Below the pieces are notes generated by a model. That model was not told the DNA's origin, made no database searches, and saw only the letters and a program-made list of their open reading frames with translations. A stretch of 64,000 nt of DNA from Lobosporangium transversale (lineage: Eukaryota): NCBI RefSeq assembly GCF_002105155.1, contig NW_019028982.1, positions 62,001 to 126,000 on the forward strand, in the 5' to 3' direction. A program made the translations under genes and the position numbers. Each line of letters opens with the position of its first letter. Within the stretch, counting starts at the first letter, position 1. Below, one piece after another: positions 37,893 to 52,030 of the stretch.

Positions 37893-40800
37893 ATGTTGAC
37901 TTCAATTCAGAGCGCACTTTGTTGCTGGACAGCACAACAGACTCCACCTGCGTCACCTGCTTGGCCCTGCAGCAGTGGACACTCTGCAGCCACTTGCACC
38001 TGCAGCGTGATCGACAACAGTTACTCGAGTGAAAAGGCACAAGATGTTGAGTCATGTAATGAACACTTTTTTTTTTATTTTTATTTTTATTTTTTTCTCT
38101 ATGCACAGAGATAGTCAGGCCCAATAGTTGCGCCCTTATTTCATAATAATAATTACAATGATTTATTACTGTTTTTGTTGTTTGTCACCTTGCCCCACAC
38201 CTAAACACATTCACGCATACACACATACATACGCACACATACACATATACATGTGCAATGTCCATTAACATTTTACAGCCAAAAAATGATTGATCAAGAA
38301 CCAACGATAAAACCTAGACAGCATACACTTATTTTTGTAACGCACACTATCATCCCTTCCTTTCTTGCATACTTTTTTTTATTTTTATTTTTATTTTTAT
38401 TTTTTTTCGTTTTCGGTGTCTTTGCATTTTTTTCCTTTGTCGAAATACACGCCCTTATTTCTATATTTCTGATTGATCTCGAGGTCAATATCTAACAATA
38501 GACAGGGGGGAGGAGTGTCCATGTGTCTTATGCGTGTGTTATGTGTGTAATGCGGTGGGATGGATAGGGGAAGGAGGGCCAATAAGAGTCTGAGAGCTAA
38601 AAAAACTCTTGGTTTTTAAATCAGCAAATGGGACGCGTCTAAACATCTAATGACTCTCTAGGCCATAGTTTCTGCTACTCACTCTCGCGTCATTTTTTTT
38701 TTTTAATAATAAATAGCTCAAGAAAAGACTGTGCTCGGACGAGACTCGGTCAATAGCGCCGATTCCGATATTAATATCAATACCAATACCAACACAAATG
38801 ATCCTGTGCTTCAACCCCCATCACCTGTTGTTCTACCTAATTCACACTCGCCGTCTTCATCCCCTTCTCACCAACAACAACATCAACCGCGTCGACCAAG
38901 CAGCAATGGCTCCATTTCTTCTATAACCTCTTCGCGCAGCAACCCTGTCCGAGGTTTCCTCTCTAATCCATCCTCCAGTTACAATAATGATGATCAGCAA
39001 CAAACACATCAAATCCAGTCTTCTGCCAGTACATCTTCAAAAACATTCTCTCTCCAAAAGTACTACTATCCACGAAACTCAATGACTCCTATTGCTTCTC
39101 CAGATTCATCTTCACCTACAAAATCAACTTCTTTCTCAAAGATGAACACTACCTCCTCCGGACCATTATCACCACTTGCCTTTGAAGGGCCACGGTCTTT
39201 GGGATTGAAGTCTCCACCTGCTTCAATCACATCACTACCTTCTCCTACTCCTCAAGGAACCTCAACACCACAGCCACCTCTGTTGTCATTGACGATCCCA
39301 CCAGAAGTAGAGCCTTCACCCCCTGCGCCCACAGAAACGACTGAAATATCATTGGTATCATTGTCAACGGTCAATCCATTCTACTCGCCAGTCTCGCCTG
39401 CCCCATTGTTGACTCCTAGTCCATCCCTTATCCTTCCTTCCAAACCCGCTGAAACCTCGCCTAAAAGCTCTCCTACACTCACAACCAATGTGGCCTTGCC
39501 TCTGTCTTCTTCTTCACTCCCATCTTTCTCCCTATCGCCCCCATCCTCTCCTCCACCATCTGTTTCAACCTCATCATCACCCAGCACCTCTCCTTCCAAT
39601 TCTCCTGTAGAAACGTCCTCCAAATCCCTTATCTCGTCCCCTCCTCAGTCTGATGCCACACCCTATCCTGCCTCTGGCATCTCACCAGCAAAGTTAGCAG
39701 CGTTGATTGAGCGCGGTCAGCCGAACAAACAAGGCGTCAGTGCTGGTCCACGGCCCTTGGTCCTAGACCTCCGTCCAAATCCAGACTTTGATCCCATCTC
39801 GATCGTCCACTCCATCAACATAAATTTGCCAACGCTCTTAATGAGAAGATACCGTAGAGGAGGCGCAATGTCTTCGTTTGCACTCGAGTCCTTTATCACC
39901 ATGCCTTCTGATAAAGACCTCTACCATGTGATCCTTGATGGCTGGCGTCTGGACCAAGATCACAATGGTAACGAGGCAACTCACGATGTTGTCGTCCTAG
40001 ACCAGGACATGAAGGATGGACAAGAAGAATATGGACGGTCAGCAAGTCAAGCATGGACCTTGGTCAGTGTCCTTGAAAGAGGTGGAGGAAATTGTGGTGG
40101 ACCCATCCGACTGTGGTACCTTGAAGGCGGGTTCGAAGCGTTTCAGACTTGGGATGTCAGCGAAAAGTTCCTAGTCCGCCCTGGCTCAACATTTGAAATA
40201 AGTGTTACTCATGATGGTCAAAATCAGCAGCAGGAGCAAGGAGCTATGGGTGAGGATGATGGCTCGCAACCACGCATGATGCCTCTTTCGCTCCCTAGCA
40301 ACGCATCTTCGTCTACAGTTACGGATGCAAAGACCGCCCAGGCTATTGATCATGCAGTTTCATTGACCAATGCCTCGCTCGCTGGCGCTCCACGACAGCG
40401 AGGTCCTGCTGTCCGTCGAGAGAGCTTATTTTCATTGAACACAAAGTCATTGCAACGACCTACAAACCTTGCACGATCTCAATCGGTCGGTGTCAGCGCA
40501 CTAAACCTAAAGCCGTTGTCAGTTGCTCCTCCTCCACTTCCAACCCTCCCTTCGGGCTTAATGCCTCTTCAGGAGGGAAGTGGTATGAACAACAATGCCA
40601 ATGGACTGTCTCGCAAGGGTAGTTGGCTGACAGTCCCTTCGGGTAATTCTGCACCTGGGCCTACACTCTCTCCTGCCATGTCAATGAGCAGCAGCACAAT
40701 GGAGATGATGCAACAGTCAGCATCTCCAGATCACAGTTCGACATGGTCTGCAGGAGGATCGATCCACGGAGATAGTGCCGGTGCTTCATTACAGCGAATG

Positions 40801-41501
40801 GGCTCCAAGAGATCCTTCTCATCCACATCAACACTCTTATCAATGGGTGCATCCGGAGCTACTCTGGGCATTCAGGAGGAGGATGAGGAGGCTGGTGCGG
40901 ATGATGATAAAAATGACGCTCACGCTTCCCCGACATCAAATGGAGGCCTCCGTCGACACCACAGTAGCTCTTCCATGCAGCTTTCGGCATCTACCGATTC
41001 AACTTGTCTTGATGCTAATGGTAGCAACAACAGTGACCAATCCCCTCCGGTGCACTCGGCCAATATGTTTGCTGATGGTATCGACAGCTTCAATAACAAC
41101 AGCAGTAGCCTCCATAGCAACAACAACATGTTGGCGATGATGAGTCAACAACAGCAACAGGGATATGGATACAATGATGAAATGGCAGAAGAGGGAGGCG
41201 ATGATGGTGAGCAAGAAATCTCGTGTATTCTACCCAACTTTTTGTACCTGGGACCTGAGATCGCGACAGAAGAGCAGGTTTTAGAATTGGAACGACTGGG
41301 CATTAAGAGAGTGCTGAATATGGCCCGTGAATGTGAAGATCTCTTGGTGATGAACCGTCCTGGAATGGAGTACCATAAGATTGGAGTATTGGACCACATT
41401 GAAGCAGATGTCAGTGCTGGTCTTTTGCAAGCTGTTGATATTATCTGTAAGCCACTATTACATTCATTATTTAGTACTTTGATACTAAATATGAATTATG
41501 C

Positions 41502-41533
<32 letters not shown>

Positions 41534-41987
41534 AAGACTCTAACCTCTATCTTTCGTCTCATACTATTTAGCTGCTTCAAATGATGCTCCAATCTACGTC
41601 CATTGTAAGGCTGGCAAGTCTCGATCAGTAACAGCCATTATTGCATACTTGATCACACAGTTGCATTGGTCATTGAACAAGGCTTACAATCATGTGCTGA
41701 CTCAACGGCCATGCATGTGCCCTAATATTGGGTTTGTAACTGAATTGATGAGAATGGAGGAACGGACATTGGGTATGGAGCGGTCGGGAGGACTTGTTCG
41801 AGCTGGATCTCTCAATAGTATCCTTTCGCTCTCAACGGCCGGGTCGACACCTCAACATGCCCATCATTATCATCACCATAGTCTTCAACATCATCATTCG
41901 TTGAACAAGACTGGGTCCCCTAAGGTGTTGAGCAACAAGAGCAGCATGAACAGTCTTGCTGTAATATCACCCCCTTTCCAGGCATAG
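37893..41987 (+). CDS. Dual-specificity (MAPK) phosphatase with a rhodanese-like domain (exons 37893-38055, 38717-41446, 41572-41987)
   Basis: Rhodanese/KIM-type region (LVLDLRP, SININLPTLLMRRYRR, LEGGF) and a DSP domain (ILPNFLYLG; catalytic VHCKAGKSRS; AYLI; CPNIGFVTEL). Intron phases are consistent. Confidence 0.88.
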
Positions 41988-42642
41988 GCATAGGACGTTT
42001 TTTTTTCTTATTCATTTCTTTTTATTTTTTTTAACGAGCTTAATGTCTTTTACTTTTTTGTTTTTAATGACAATAATGCTGAAGCCGTGTTTCTTTCTCT
42101 TATTTCTTAAAAATTCTTTTTATTTTCAATTGTATCGATACCCTTCCTTTCTAAAACACTTTATCCTTCATTTATTTGCTTTGAAGAGAAAAAAAAAGAA
42201 AAAAAAAGAAAAAACTCTTATTCCATGCATGTATTGTAATTAATGAATAAAATCGAGTATTCAACTTTTGATATCTAAATGAACAACCGAACATTGACAG
42301 GGGCCTACCAATCAAAATGGAAGACTCCAAGTAAAGGAATACGCGTCTTAGTGATCCCTAGACCCAAGAGGGTTCATGGATAGAAATTTATACATGTGTG
42401 CATGTACCAGGATGAGCAGGAACAATTGTTTTGTTTTCTTTTTTAAGTATGGTGTGAGACATTAATTGACGTTATTCACATAATATCGAAGGATATGGAA
42501 TGATTACGATCTTTTTTTTTTTTTTCCCCCTCCCTTTAGCCTTTTCCTCCTCATCCTTCTTTCATGTGTTACCTTTTTTTTTTTTTTTTTTTTTTTCCAT
42601 TTGACAATCAGGAAATAATCATCCAAAAACAAATAAAAAAAA

Positions 42643-42737
42643 ATGTCATCCAAACCATGCGGCAACTGCAAAAAGACAGTGTACATCAATGAAAAGATCG
42701 ATGCAGAGGGAAAATGGTATCACCGTGCATGCTTCAA

Positions 42738-42776
<39 letters not shown>

Positions 42777-43738
42777 TCTCGTTTACTTCCTTTAAGAATA
42801 AAAATGTATATTCTGATATCCCCGACTATATTACTCTATATCTCGTACAAAAGTGCATGGCTCCAGACTGTAAGACGGGGTTGACGTTACGAAACTTCCA
42901 GATGGCAGCATTAGATGACTCGGAGATAGACCCGTTAACGAAACGGCCGCTGAAGGTCTTGGTCTGTAAGGATCATGTGCCGATGCCTAAGCATTCGTTC
43001 AGTCGAGATTCACTGTCACTCAAGCATACGTTGTCTGCACCAAAACCCTCCATGGCTGGAATACATAGATCCTTGATGGGTAATCGAGGATTGGAGCAAT
43101 CCATGAACGAAAAACGAAATGAAGAAAGTCGAAGTGGTGGTAGACAGCCAGATTCACCTAGATCGTTGGATCAAGGGTCACATGCAGAGATAATGAAGAA
43201 TATAGAGGCAGAGAAGAAGGAGAGGGAGGAGAAGAAGAAAGAGGAGGAGCAAAAAGAGATAACTACCTTGCCAAAGTTTCGTCAAGGAGAATTTACAATA
43301 ACGCCTGAATCAGCAGAACCAAACAAGGAGGATGTCTACGGAAGCAAAAATGACGGAGACGATGGCAATGACGATGAGGATGATAATGATGCTGCTGCTG
43401 CTAATGGTGATGAATGGAAAGATCACAAGCAAGAGAGAGTATTCACAATGAAGAAGGAGCCAGAGGATCAACATACTGAGACTGGCAACAGCGTAGGTGC
43501 CACTACTGCTGCCACTATTATAGCCGCAAAAGAGTTGACAGAGCCAGATGAGGAAAAGTTGGGCGAGTTGGCATTTAGCTCAAAGCTGATGAAGGAACAT
43601 AAGGAACCACACCATGAGCAAACAGAGAAGAGCAGGGAAATAGATCAGGATGAGGACAAAACAATTGAGGATGATGAATGGGATACGGGTATCCCGACCA
43701 ATAACATGACTTGCCGTGAATCAGAGGCTGGGATATAA
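42643..43738 (+). CDS. N-terminal LIM-domain protein with an acidic tail (exons 42643-42738, 42854-43738)
   Basis: CGNCKKTVYINEKIDAEGKWYHRACFK-CMAPDC...LTLRNF...LVCKDHVP supplies the LIM zinc ligands. It resembles LASP/hillarin-type N-terminal LIM domains. Confidence 0.82.
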
Positions 43739-44113
43739 AGACGACTTTTTCTTTTCTGCGGATGCAACCAATATATTTTATACACAGGCATATAACATTA
43801 AATCAATACACACGTAAGATAGTAACGATGCTAACCATGGTAATAATAACAATAATCTATTACAACTATTTTACATTGTTGGCTTCTTAAATAGCCCTAC
43901 GGCGCAAGTATCAGCTAGTTTTCCACACAGAATTACCTCTTCTTTCCCAACACGATCCGGAAAGTTACTTATTCGCTCTACATAGTTCAGTGTTGGATTA
44001 TGTTTTTGATTCTTGTAAATGAAACATTCCAAGCTGTGTGAATTAGAAGAAAGAAAAAAGATGAGAAAAAAAGCACAACGAGACCAATGTTGACGAAGGA
44101 AATGTTTGAGGAA

Positions 44114-45491
44114 CTATATGCTGGGTGAAGATGAGGCTGAGGTGTCGAGAATGCGCTTGAACATGGATCCCCAAGTATCATTTGTTGTTGGTATAACAAT
44201 CTATATCATGAGAGCAAACGAGTTGAATGTTAATATAGAGACAAATGAATGAATGACGGATGACTGACTTGCCCACAGTAGCACGCTTGCTGGACAAGAT
44301 AATGAGCTATTACCTGATAAGGAAATGGATTTCCATCGCTGGTGGTGATCGGTGGAATGTGGTCCTTGTGTTCGTTGACTGTGCGGAGAATATTGAGAAA
44401 TAATGCTGATAATGCCTTTTCCATGTTTTTAATCGATCGTTGCTTGTCTGTGTTGTCGATAATCCAATAAAATTAATATTGTCCGCAACGAACATTGTCA
44501 ATAAAATAAAATAAAATAAAATAAAATAAACAGTAATGGTGAATATGAAAATCGTAAAGTTAGTTAATCCCACACTACTATGGTACGGAGATATGAAGTG
44601 GTCTTTTTTTTTTTTTTTTTTTTTTTTTTGTTTTCTGTAAAGATCTGTCTTAAAGACCTCGATAGAATACCTTTTTCATTGATGTTGGTGACAACGTTAA
44701 GAGTAATTCCCCATTGCTCCCAACAGACTTCTGATGATGTAGAACTGAACCATGCTCGCTTTGTCCGCTTCTCATAAAACATGACTCCAATCTATTTTTT
44801 ATTAAGAATCCGAGATCAGATGGTGGACTTTTCCTTGGATGCCTAAGGAAGACTATTTCCTTTGTAGTTGGTTCTTACCTGTCCCTTGCTCTGCGGATTG
44901 GCATCGACGGCTTTGGCGAACACTGCGATCTTCTCCTCAACTAGTTTCTCAATTTCTGGATCATCGATTATAGGCTATATAATAATGACAGTAAAGAATA
45001 AAATAAAGAATATTTAGAGAATCAAGGGAAATGAACGATATGGATACTAATTGTTATCAGTCAACCTTTTGATCTGTACAAGGGTTAGATATATTCTAAG
45101 CAATAATACAAAAAAAGAAGATTTTTGAGGCTCCATTTCGTCATATTTCCTAGTCAGGTCCAGATAACTCACAATGGTAATGTTGAGGATATCCATGTCC
45201 TTTGGTTTGATATTGGCGAAAACACGGTGAAAGAGAATAGTGTGAAGAATGGCCCGCAGTACGTCTTTAAGCAAACCTCTTTCCACTGTCTAATTAATAG
45301 TAATAAAATTATAAAAAGACAAAAAAGTAGATCCAATTGACTTTTTAGTATTACGTATCAAAGCCAATGTGCAACCCAAATGGTTGGTTTTATGCACTAG
45401 GGTGTTCATATGAAACTGAGGCTGAAGAAGCTTGGCTGTCAAGTTTTATTACCAGGTCCACTGGAAAGGTCGCAGGCTGATAGTGACTCAT
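44114..45491 (-). CDS. ATG101: Autophagy-related protein 101 (HORMA domain), 6 exons
   Basis: DVLRAILHTILFHRVF, FYEKRTKRAWF (WF finger), EVCWEQW and KDHIPPIT...PFPYQI. Confidence 0.92.
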
Positions 45492-46039
45492 GAGGCGATA
45501 GGTATTGGTTTCCGGGAGGAGCAAACTTTTGAATAAAAAAAGAAATAAAAAAATAAAAAGATTCTCCCGAAATGCCGAATATAAAGAGTGATGAAGTAAT
45601 TTGGGTAAATGAGATTTTTGTTGGTGAGCAATTAGGATGCATGCAAGTTGCATGTTGTGACTGATTTGAACAATCTCAGGTGAGTTTGCATTAAACGATC
45701 CACAAAACATTTTTTTTTTTTTTTTTTTTTTTTTTGCCTACGCGCGAGGTACACAAAATTCGCTATGCCAACGACACTTCTCGTCGTGAAGCTCCTCCAT
45801 TATCCCATCTCTTTTAATGTGCCTTTCTTCACAACAGCACAAGCTCACTACTGCCAATCATTTCTCATATATTTCCTTTCTTGTGCTACTACACATTCTC
45901 TTTCTTGCTTCCGCAGCTTGATTTCTTAGTCCAGTGTATAAAAGAAAAAAGACATCCATCGCTTTCAAACTTCCTCGAAATTGTCTGACGTCTAATTCAC
46001 TTCGCTCCGTACAGGACATCTACTTTATTTGACTATATC

Positions 46040-48792
46040 ATGTCAGGCTCAACGCCCACGGTCAAAGACCTGTACAAGGCTGTCACTGCTGATCTAGCAA
46101 CTTTTTTAGCCTCAGACAAGTCCAAGGAAAACGACTTAAATCGCGAGACAATACAGCATTACCTCGACCGTTTTGTTAAGAATCAATCCAACTCCAATTC
46201 AGGACATGGTCACAGCAACCACACAACGCTTTCTGTTGCCAGCACTACCCCTGCAATCCCTTTGCTTGGAAACTTACCGCCAGGAGGACAAGCAGGAACA
46301 GGAGCTGCTGCTGGAGCTGGAGCTGGAGCTGCGCTCAATGCGTCAATGTCATCATCTTCTACCACTTTAGGGTCTGGTATCGCTCCTTCGTCTTCAGCTG
46401 CCGCTGCTGGCCAGCGACACGCGAACGAAATTTGGTATCAATCCTTAACCCACAATACCAGCATGCAGCACTCCCACAGTTTACCACTCGCCTTTCACAA
46501 GCTCAATCAAACCATATCCAATTCAGTATCCCCAGTCAGCTCTGCACCAGTATCCCAAAATACCTCAACTAGTGGCTCGCCAATCATCGGAAGTGGAGGC
46601 GCAAGTGGTTCAGCAGGGGCTCATCCAAGCACATCTCCAAATCCTGGGGCCAATCCAGGTCTAGCAGCTACACCTTCTATTCAACCAACTTATATAATAC
46701 CAAATCCTGTAGCCAATGTACCATTGGCAGCTCAGAGGTTTTCAGCACATCTGCTCTCATTGTATACACAGCAGGGGATGGGTGAAGTGCCAATCGCTGC
46801 TGTTGCAAGTCGAATGCTTGTTTACCTGACACATTTGTTACCATTTCTGACCCCACATCTTGTCATGGCCGATTGGTGGGATCGACTGATAGAGCCTTCG
46901 CTACAGGGAGAGATTAAATTGGGAAAGGAGGCATTGAAAGCTTGTAGAGATCTTGTGATAGAATGCATGACCCGCGACAGCCTCATGGATGGTCAAACTG
47001 GAGTGGGATCAATCTTAATTGCTGGAGATGAGGAAGGACAGTTGGATGCATCTCTTGCCAAGACTGCCATGCCGATCTCACAATTTATACTCCGAAAATA
47101 CGTTAAGGCAGCTCACATCCTTAACCATCGATTTGCTGATACAGAGGAGATGGGTACATCCGCTACAGCTGGGACGGGATCATGGCTTCGTACAAATACT
47201 GTTTCAACGCCAAGTTCTGGCCATGCTGGACATGGTCTAGGGCCGTCAGGTTTAGGGTTTTCAACATTAGGGCCGATCCAGAACCCTCAGCGATCAGAAT
47301 ACCCATCAGTCATGAAGGAGATGGAGAAACAACGGAAGCTCATTATGAAAGCTAGAGCTGTTATTCGTCGGAAGAAGGATATATTAGTCAAGAATCTGGA
47401 GGCTATTTTGTTTGCATATGGAGGCAACGTTGGACGTGTCAAGGATTTTTTCAGCTGTCTTTACACGTATTTTATCGGTGCTCGTTATCGTGCAGAGATA
47501 TTGGGGTTGCTCTGTCAATTTATTCGAAGACAGGTAATATGGAATGATCTTTGAGATTCAGAGTGGTTGTAAATCAGTAGAGGCAAATTTACAAACGTTT
47601 ACAGTACCCCTATTATTATATACTACCTTAAAAATTAATAGCGTGTTTACTTGCATCAAATCCTATCCACACCACTGTTCGATTCTTTACTACTCTCGTT
47701 GAAGGTAGGTTTGCCAGAACTTGACCAGTAGTAAATGGCTATATTGAAAACGACAACAACAGCCTGACATGTTGTTGTTGCTACTGTTCTAATTTGCACT
47801 AGTATGATACGTCGCCTCTGATTGTATCGTTGGGGCTGATGGCACTGATCATGTTGATGCCTAGAATTCCAGCTACCTTGAACGACCGACTTCCGGATTT
47901 GTTTTTGATTTTAAGCAGGATTCTCTGTTGGCCAAGATCAAGACAGCAATTGATAGGAATAGCGAACCAAGAAGGCGCAAACTTAACTGGTCAGACTATC
48001 CAATCGTTTGACGAATTTGATGACGATAGCGGCAATGAGCCAAATATCAAACTACCTGGTAGTGCTGACAACAACATTGTTAGCAAAAATGCGAGCTCAG
48101 GATCACCGCCAGATGAAATTGATTACGAAGACATCTCATTGTACAGTCATGGAGTCCGTTGGCGCCGATATGGTGAGTCTGGAAAGTACTTGATCCCTAC
48201 TATGCGGTGTCAAATTACCCCATCATCTTTGATCCCTTACTTATCTTTGGGAGGTATGGGGGCTATTTCCTTTTCCTTTCTTTCCTCTAGGCCCCGCTGT
48301 AGCGGGCGAAACATCGGAAGGGGCACCAGATCCAACTGCCATTTTTTCATTCCTCTATGGTCTTTTCCCATGTAGTCTTCTAAAATTCCTACATACCCCC
48401 CGCATGTTTATGAAGCAAGCGATTTCGTCTACAGGATCAGGGTCAGGACTCAATACGAGTGAGGGAGAATCAACAAAAAGTGCTCTGGATTTAAGTGCTA
48501 TGTCACCAAAGGCCAACGACGTTGAAAAGAAAATTGCGTATATCGATGAGGATTTGTTAAAATCCCGAGTACAACCGCTTCTCAAGAGGCATTCGCTACA
48601 CCCCGATCTATTGACATCAACGCCCGAACAGGAGATCACTAATAAAGCAAGGTGGCAAAAATTGGAGCCCATGGAGATTGTTGCCATGTGTGTTGGATTG
48701 GATGTGTGGAGTGCTGGAGTAAATTATGGTATAGGGCCAGTTTTGAGAACGATTGATAGCGATCGCTTGAGTGCAATACCGCAGGGTGATAG

Positions 48793-48832
<40 letters not shown>

Positions 48833-51800
48833 AAAGAGGAGGGGGCGCTAGCTCTTTCTACTTCACTGTCTTCACCATTGGTTCTTGAAAAAACTGCTGT
48901 TGCTGCCCCTCCTAGCTCTTCAGTTGCCGAGAAGTCTGAAGAAGATTCATCCCAGCAAAAGGCTCTAGAATCGGCTGAGTCCCTCGGAGTAGAGACATCG
49001 GGAGGAATACCTATTGAAATGTCGGCACAGGAAGAGGTTTCTGAGCTTCATGCTGTCAGGGACAATCAATCGAGACCTATACTTCCAACAACTGCCTCGT
49101 CTTTGTCTTACCGCGCTCATTCTATTCCAGGACCAACCGCGTCAACCACGCCAAGGGCACGAACAAAGTCCAAAGAAGTCAAGATGAGCCAGATTCTGCG
49201 AAACTTTGCAACCCTACGGGGACTGGATCACGATGAGATTTTGATGGAGGCGAATAACAACAAAGCACTAAACCCCGGTTTGACCTTGCGTGAGCGTCGA
49301 CCTTCTGTATTGAAGAGCAATGATGAGTTAGCAGTAGCGTTAGGACCTTCTGCTATGGCAATAGCATCTGCAGCATCTACAGCGTCCACAACAACAACGA
49401 CAGCGTCGGCACCTATTAGTCATAGTAATATACCCCCTGAAGGTCCTACATATCTAAGCAACAACTCTGTAGAAACCAGCCAAGATCCTCAACTTTCTGC
49501 AACTATGGCAAGTCTGGTACAGGAAAACAAAGAGTACCGCAAAACCATTGCGTTATTAGAAAGAGATTTGCTCATGGCTACGAATGAACTTAATTTTGAG
49601 ATGTTTTTAAAACAACAACATATTCAACAAATCTCCAAAGTTCATCGCGCTCATGTGCTTGATGCTAGTGTGGAAGCCGAACGCCAAAACCTTTATAATA
49701 CCTGTCGGTCTCTCAAGGCGCAGCTGCAGGAGACAAAGTTATTGTTGGAGAAGGAAAAGAATGAGCTAGAAAAACGTAAGAACAAACAGACACATTGGGA
49801 TACAGAGTTGAAGAATAAGCTACAAATGTTCAGAGATGAACGAAAAAACCTACAATTTGAGGTGGAGCGACTGAAGCAAGATATCCAGGATACACGGCAA
49901 GCACAGGAGATCCAAGAGAGACTCTTAACGGAGGAGCGCAAAGGGTAAGATGTTTTCATTATTTACCTACCAAGCATACATCAATGTTATAGAACGATAG
50001 CAATCATATAGGAACAATCCCAATTTTATGTTTAAACGGCCATTATGTACTTTGTTAGGACTTTTAACCTCAAAAATACGATTGAGGATCAGTCTCCGAA
50101 GCTCAAGAAGTTGGAGGAGTATGAGAAGCGGATCGAGGAAATGACGCGCCAATTGGTCACTTGGGAATCTGAGCAATCAAAAATGCAGGAAGTGCAACGT
50201 CAGTTGGAGGCCGTTGTAGGCCGTTGGCAGAATCTGGAACTGCTTCTTGCAGCAGAGAGAGAAGAAGCACGCATCCTGAGGAATAGGGTCTCTCAACAGT
50301 CCCAAATCATGGATGATATGCGGATTCAGATAGCTAATAGTGAAGGCCATGGACTAGAAGATATCCCTGATACACCCTCGATAGATTATTGTTCAAGAGA
50401 CGAACACGATGGTGATGAAAATGATGACAGAAGCGATGATGTAAATGGGGATAGAGACGCTGATACTGTATCGCAAACAGTTCATACTAACGAGGTTGGT
50501 CACGGACGAGCGGATGAAGCGGTTGAACGAGAGCATTCAATTCACCGTAAAGCGTCCAGTAACTTGCACCATCGCGCCAGTAAGACTGCTTTGAATACAG
50601 ACTGGCCACAAGCATTCACCCGATCGAATAGTAGTCAGCAAGGATTTGAAAGTCAGCGGCGAGCAGCTGCAATGCAGAAATTTATGGTTCGTGAAAAGGA
50701 ACGATGGGACCAGGAACTTCAGGAAGCACACAACCGATGGTCGCGAGAGGCTATGCGCAACCAACAACTAGAGGACCGTATCTTGGAGCTCCAAGCTCAA
50801 CTTGAGACGTTGCGTGCTATCGACATGCGGCAACATCACACTACTGAAGGACATCACGGAGGCAATGATGGAAGTCAACGCTATATTACTAGAGGAGGTA
50901 CTGATAAGGAGGGCAATGATTTCGGCGGTCAGGGCGACAATGCAACAGCTGGAGGAGAGGTGAGTGGCGGTGGAAGTGACACGAATGCTCTAACGCAACC
51001 CCAGAATGTCCCATATGGTGCACAGGCTTCAATAAAGATGGACCATCATTATGGCGATGGTGACACAGATGATGGTGGCCTTGAGTCCAGTGGGATGATT
51101 GGTCGATATAGTCGTCATAACTATCAAGAGACAGAAGATGAGGATGACACGATCGGTCAAAGAATTAGATCCATGCGTTTAGGGGAAAAAGACAGCTCCT
51201 CTTCAACATCAGCTCAGCTGCCACCATTTGAATCTGAATCTTCGACCCGAGCTGTTGGTCAGACAGGCAACAGCAGTGGAAAAGGCAAAGGAATTAAGTC
51301 AAAGACAAAGAGCAAGTGGCCACTTGACAGGGCCCAAACAGACCGTGGCATTCATAATGTGAGTGCTGGAATTGGTGGTGCAGGTGGAGGAGGACATCTT
51401 GGTAGCCATATTCCAGGAATCTTTGACTTGGGTCGACAATTATCGCAGCAGCAGCAGCGTAAAGGTGGCGAATCATCATCTACATCTACGTCTACATCTA
51501 CATCAAAGAGTTCTGTAGCAGCCAGAGCAGCTTCCTCAGGAGTATTCCTACCCACGCTCTACACCCGACATGTATCGCATCTGTCGGATAGTGCAATCAG
51601 CGATGTGACAACCGCCTCGGACACAAGCACGACAGGCAGTGGAGTACGAGGCGAGCGTTCTCGAAGTACTGCTGATAGTGAAGATGGCAGTAGCAGTACG
51701 TCAAGACATGAGCGAGCTGCATCTGCATCTGGATTAATATCTGGATTTCGAGCACCCTCCATTGACGGATCTGCAACTAGCGGGGGCAAGAGTCACAGTA

Positions 51801-51913
51801 AGAGCAAAGCTGATAGGGAGCGAGAACGTGAAAGAGAGCGTGCGCGACTGATGGGTGGCATTGGTCCTCTTGTAGATCCAAGCAAGATGTACCGTAATGT
51901 GCGTATGTTTTAA
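46040..51913 (+). CDS. TSC1: Hamartin (tuberous sclerosis 1 homologue), multi-exon
   Basis: LHQILSTPLFDSLL, LIMLMPRIP...LPDLFLILSRILCW, FSFLYGLFPC, HSLHPDLL...E...ARWQKLEP, ELNFEMFLKQQHIQQI and a long C-terminal coiled coil. Confidence 0.9.
48787..48832 (+). repeat. (GAT)n poly-Asp microsatellite within TSC1
   Basis: Direct observation. Confidence 0.9.
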
Positions 51914-52030
51914 AGAAAAATAAAAGAAAACATGTTGCTCATTGTGAAAAAAGCATATGCATTCATTCGGATGGAATTACCATTGTTAGCAATAAACGAA
52001 AAAGTCTTTTTTTTTTTTTAATCCCACTAT

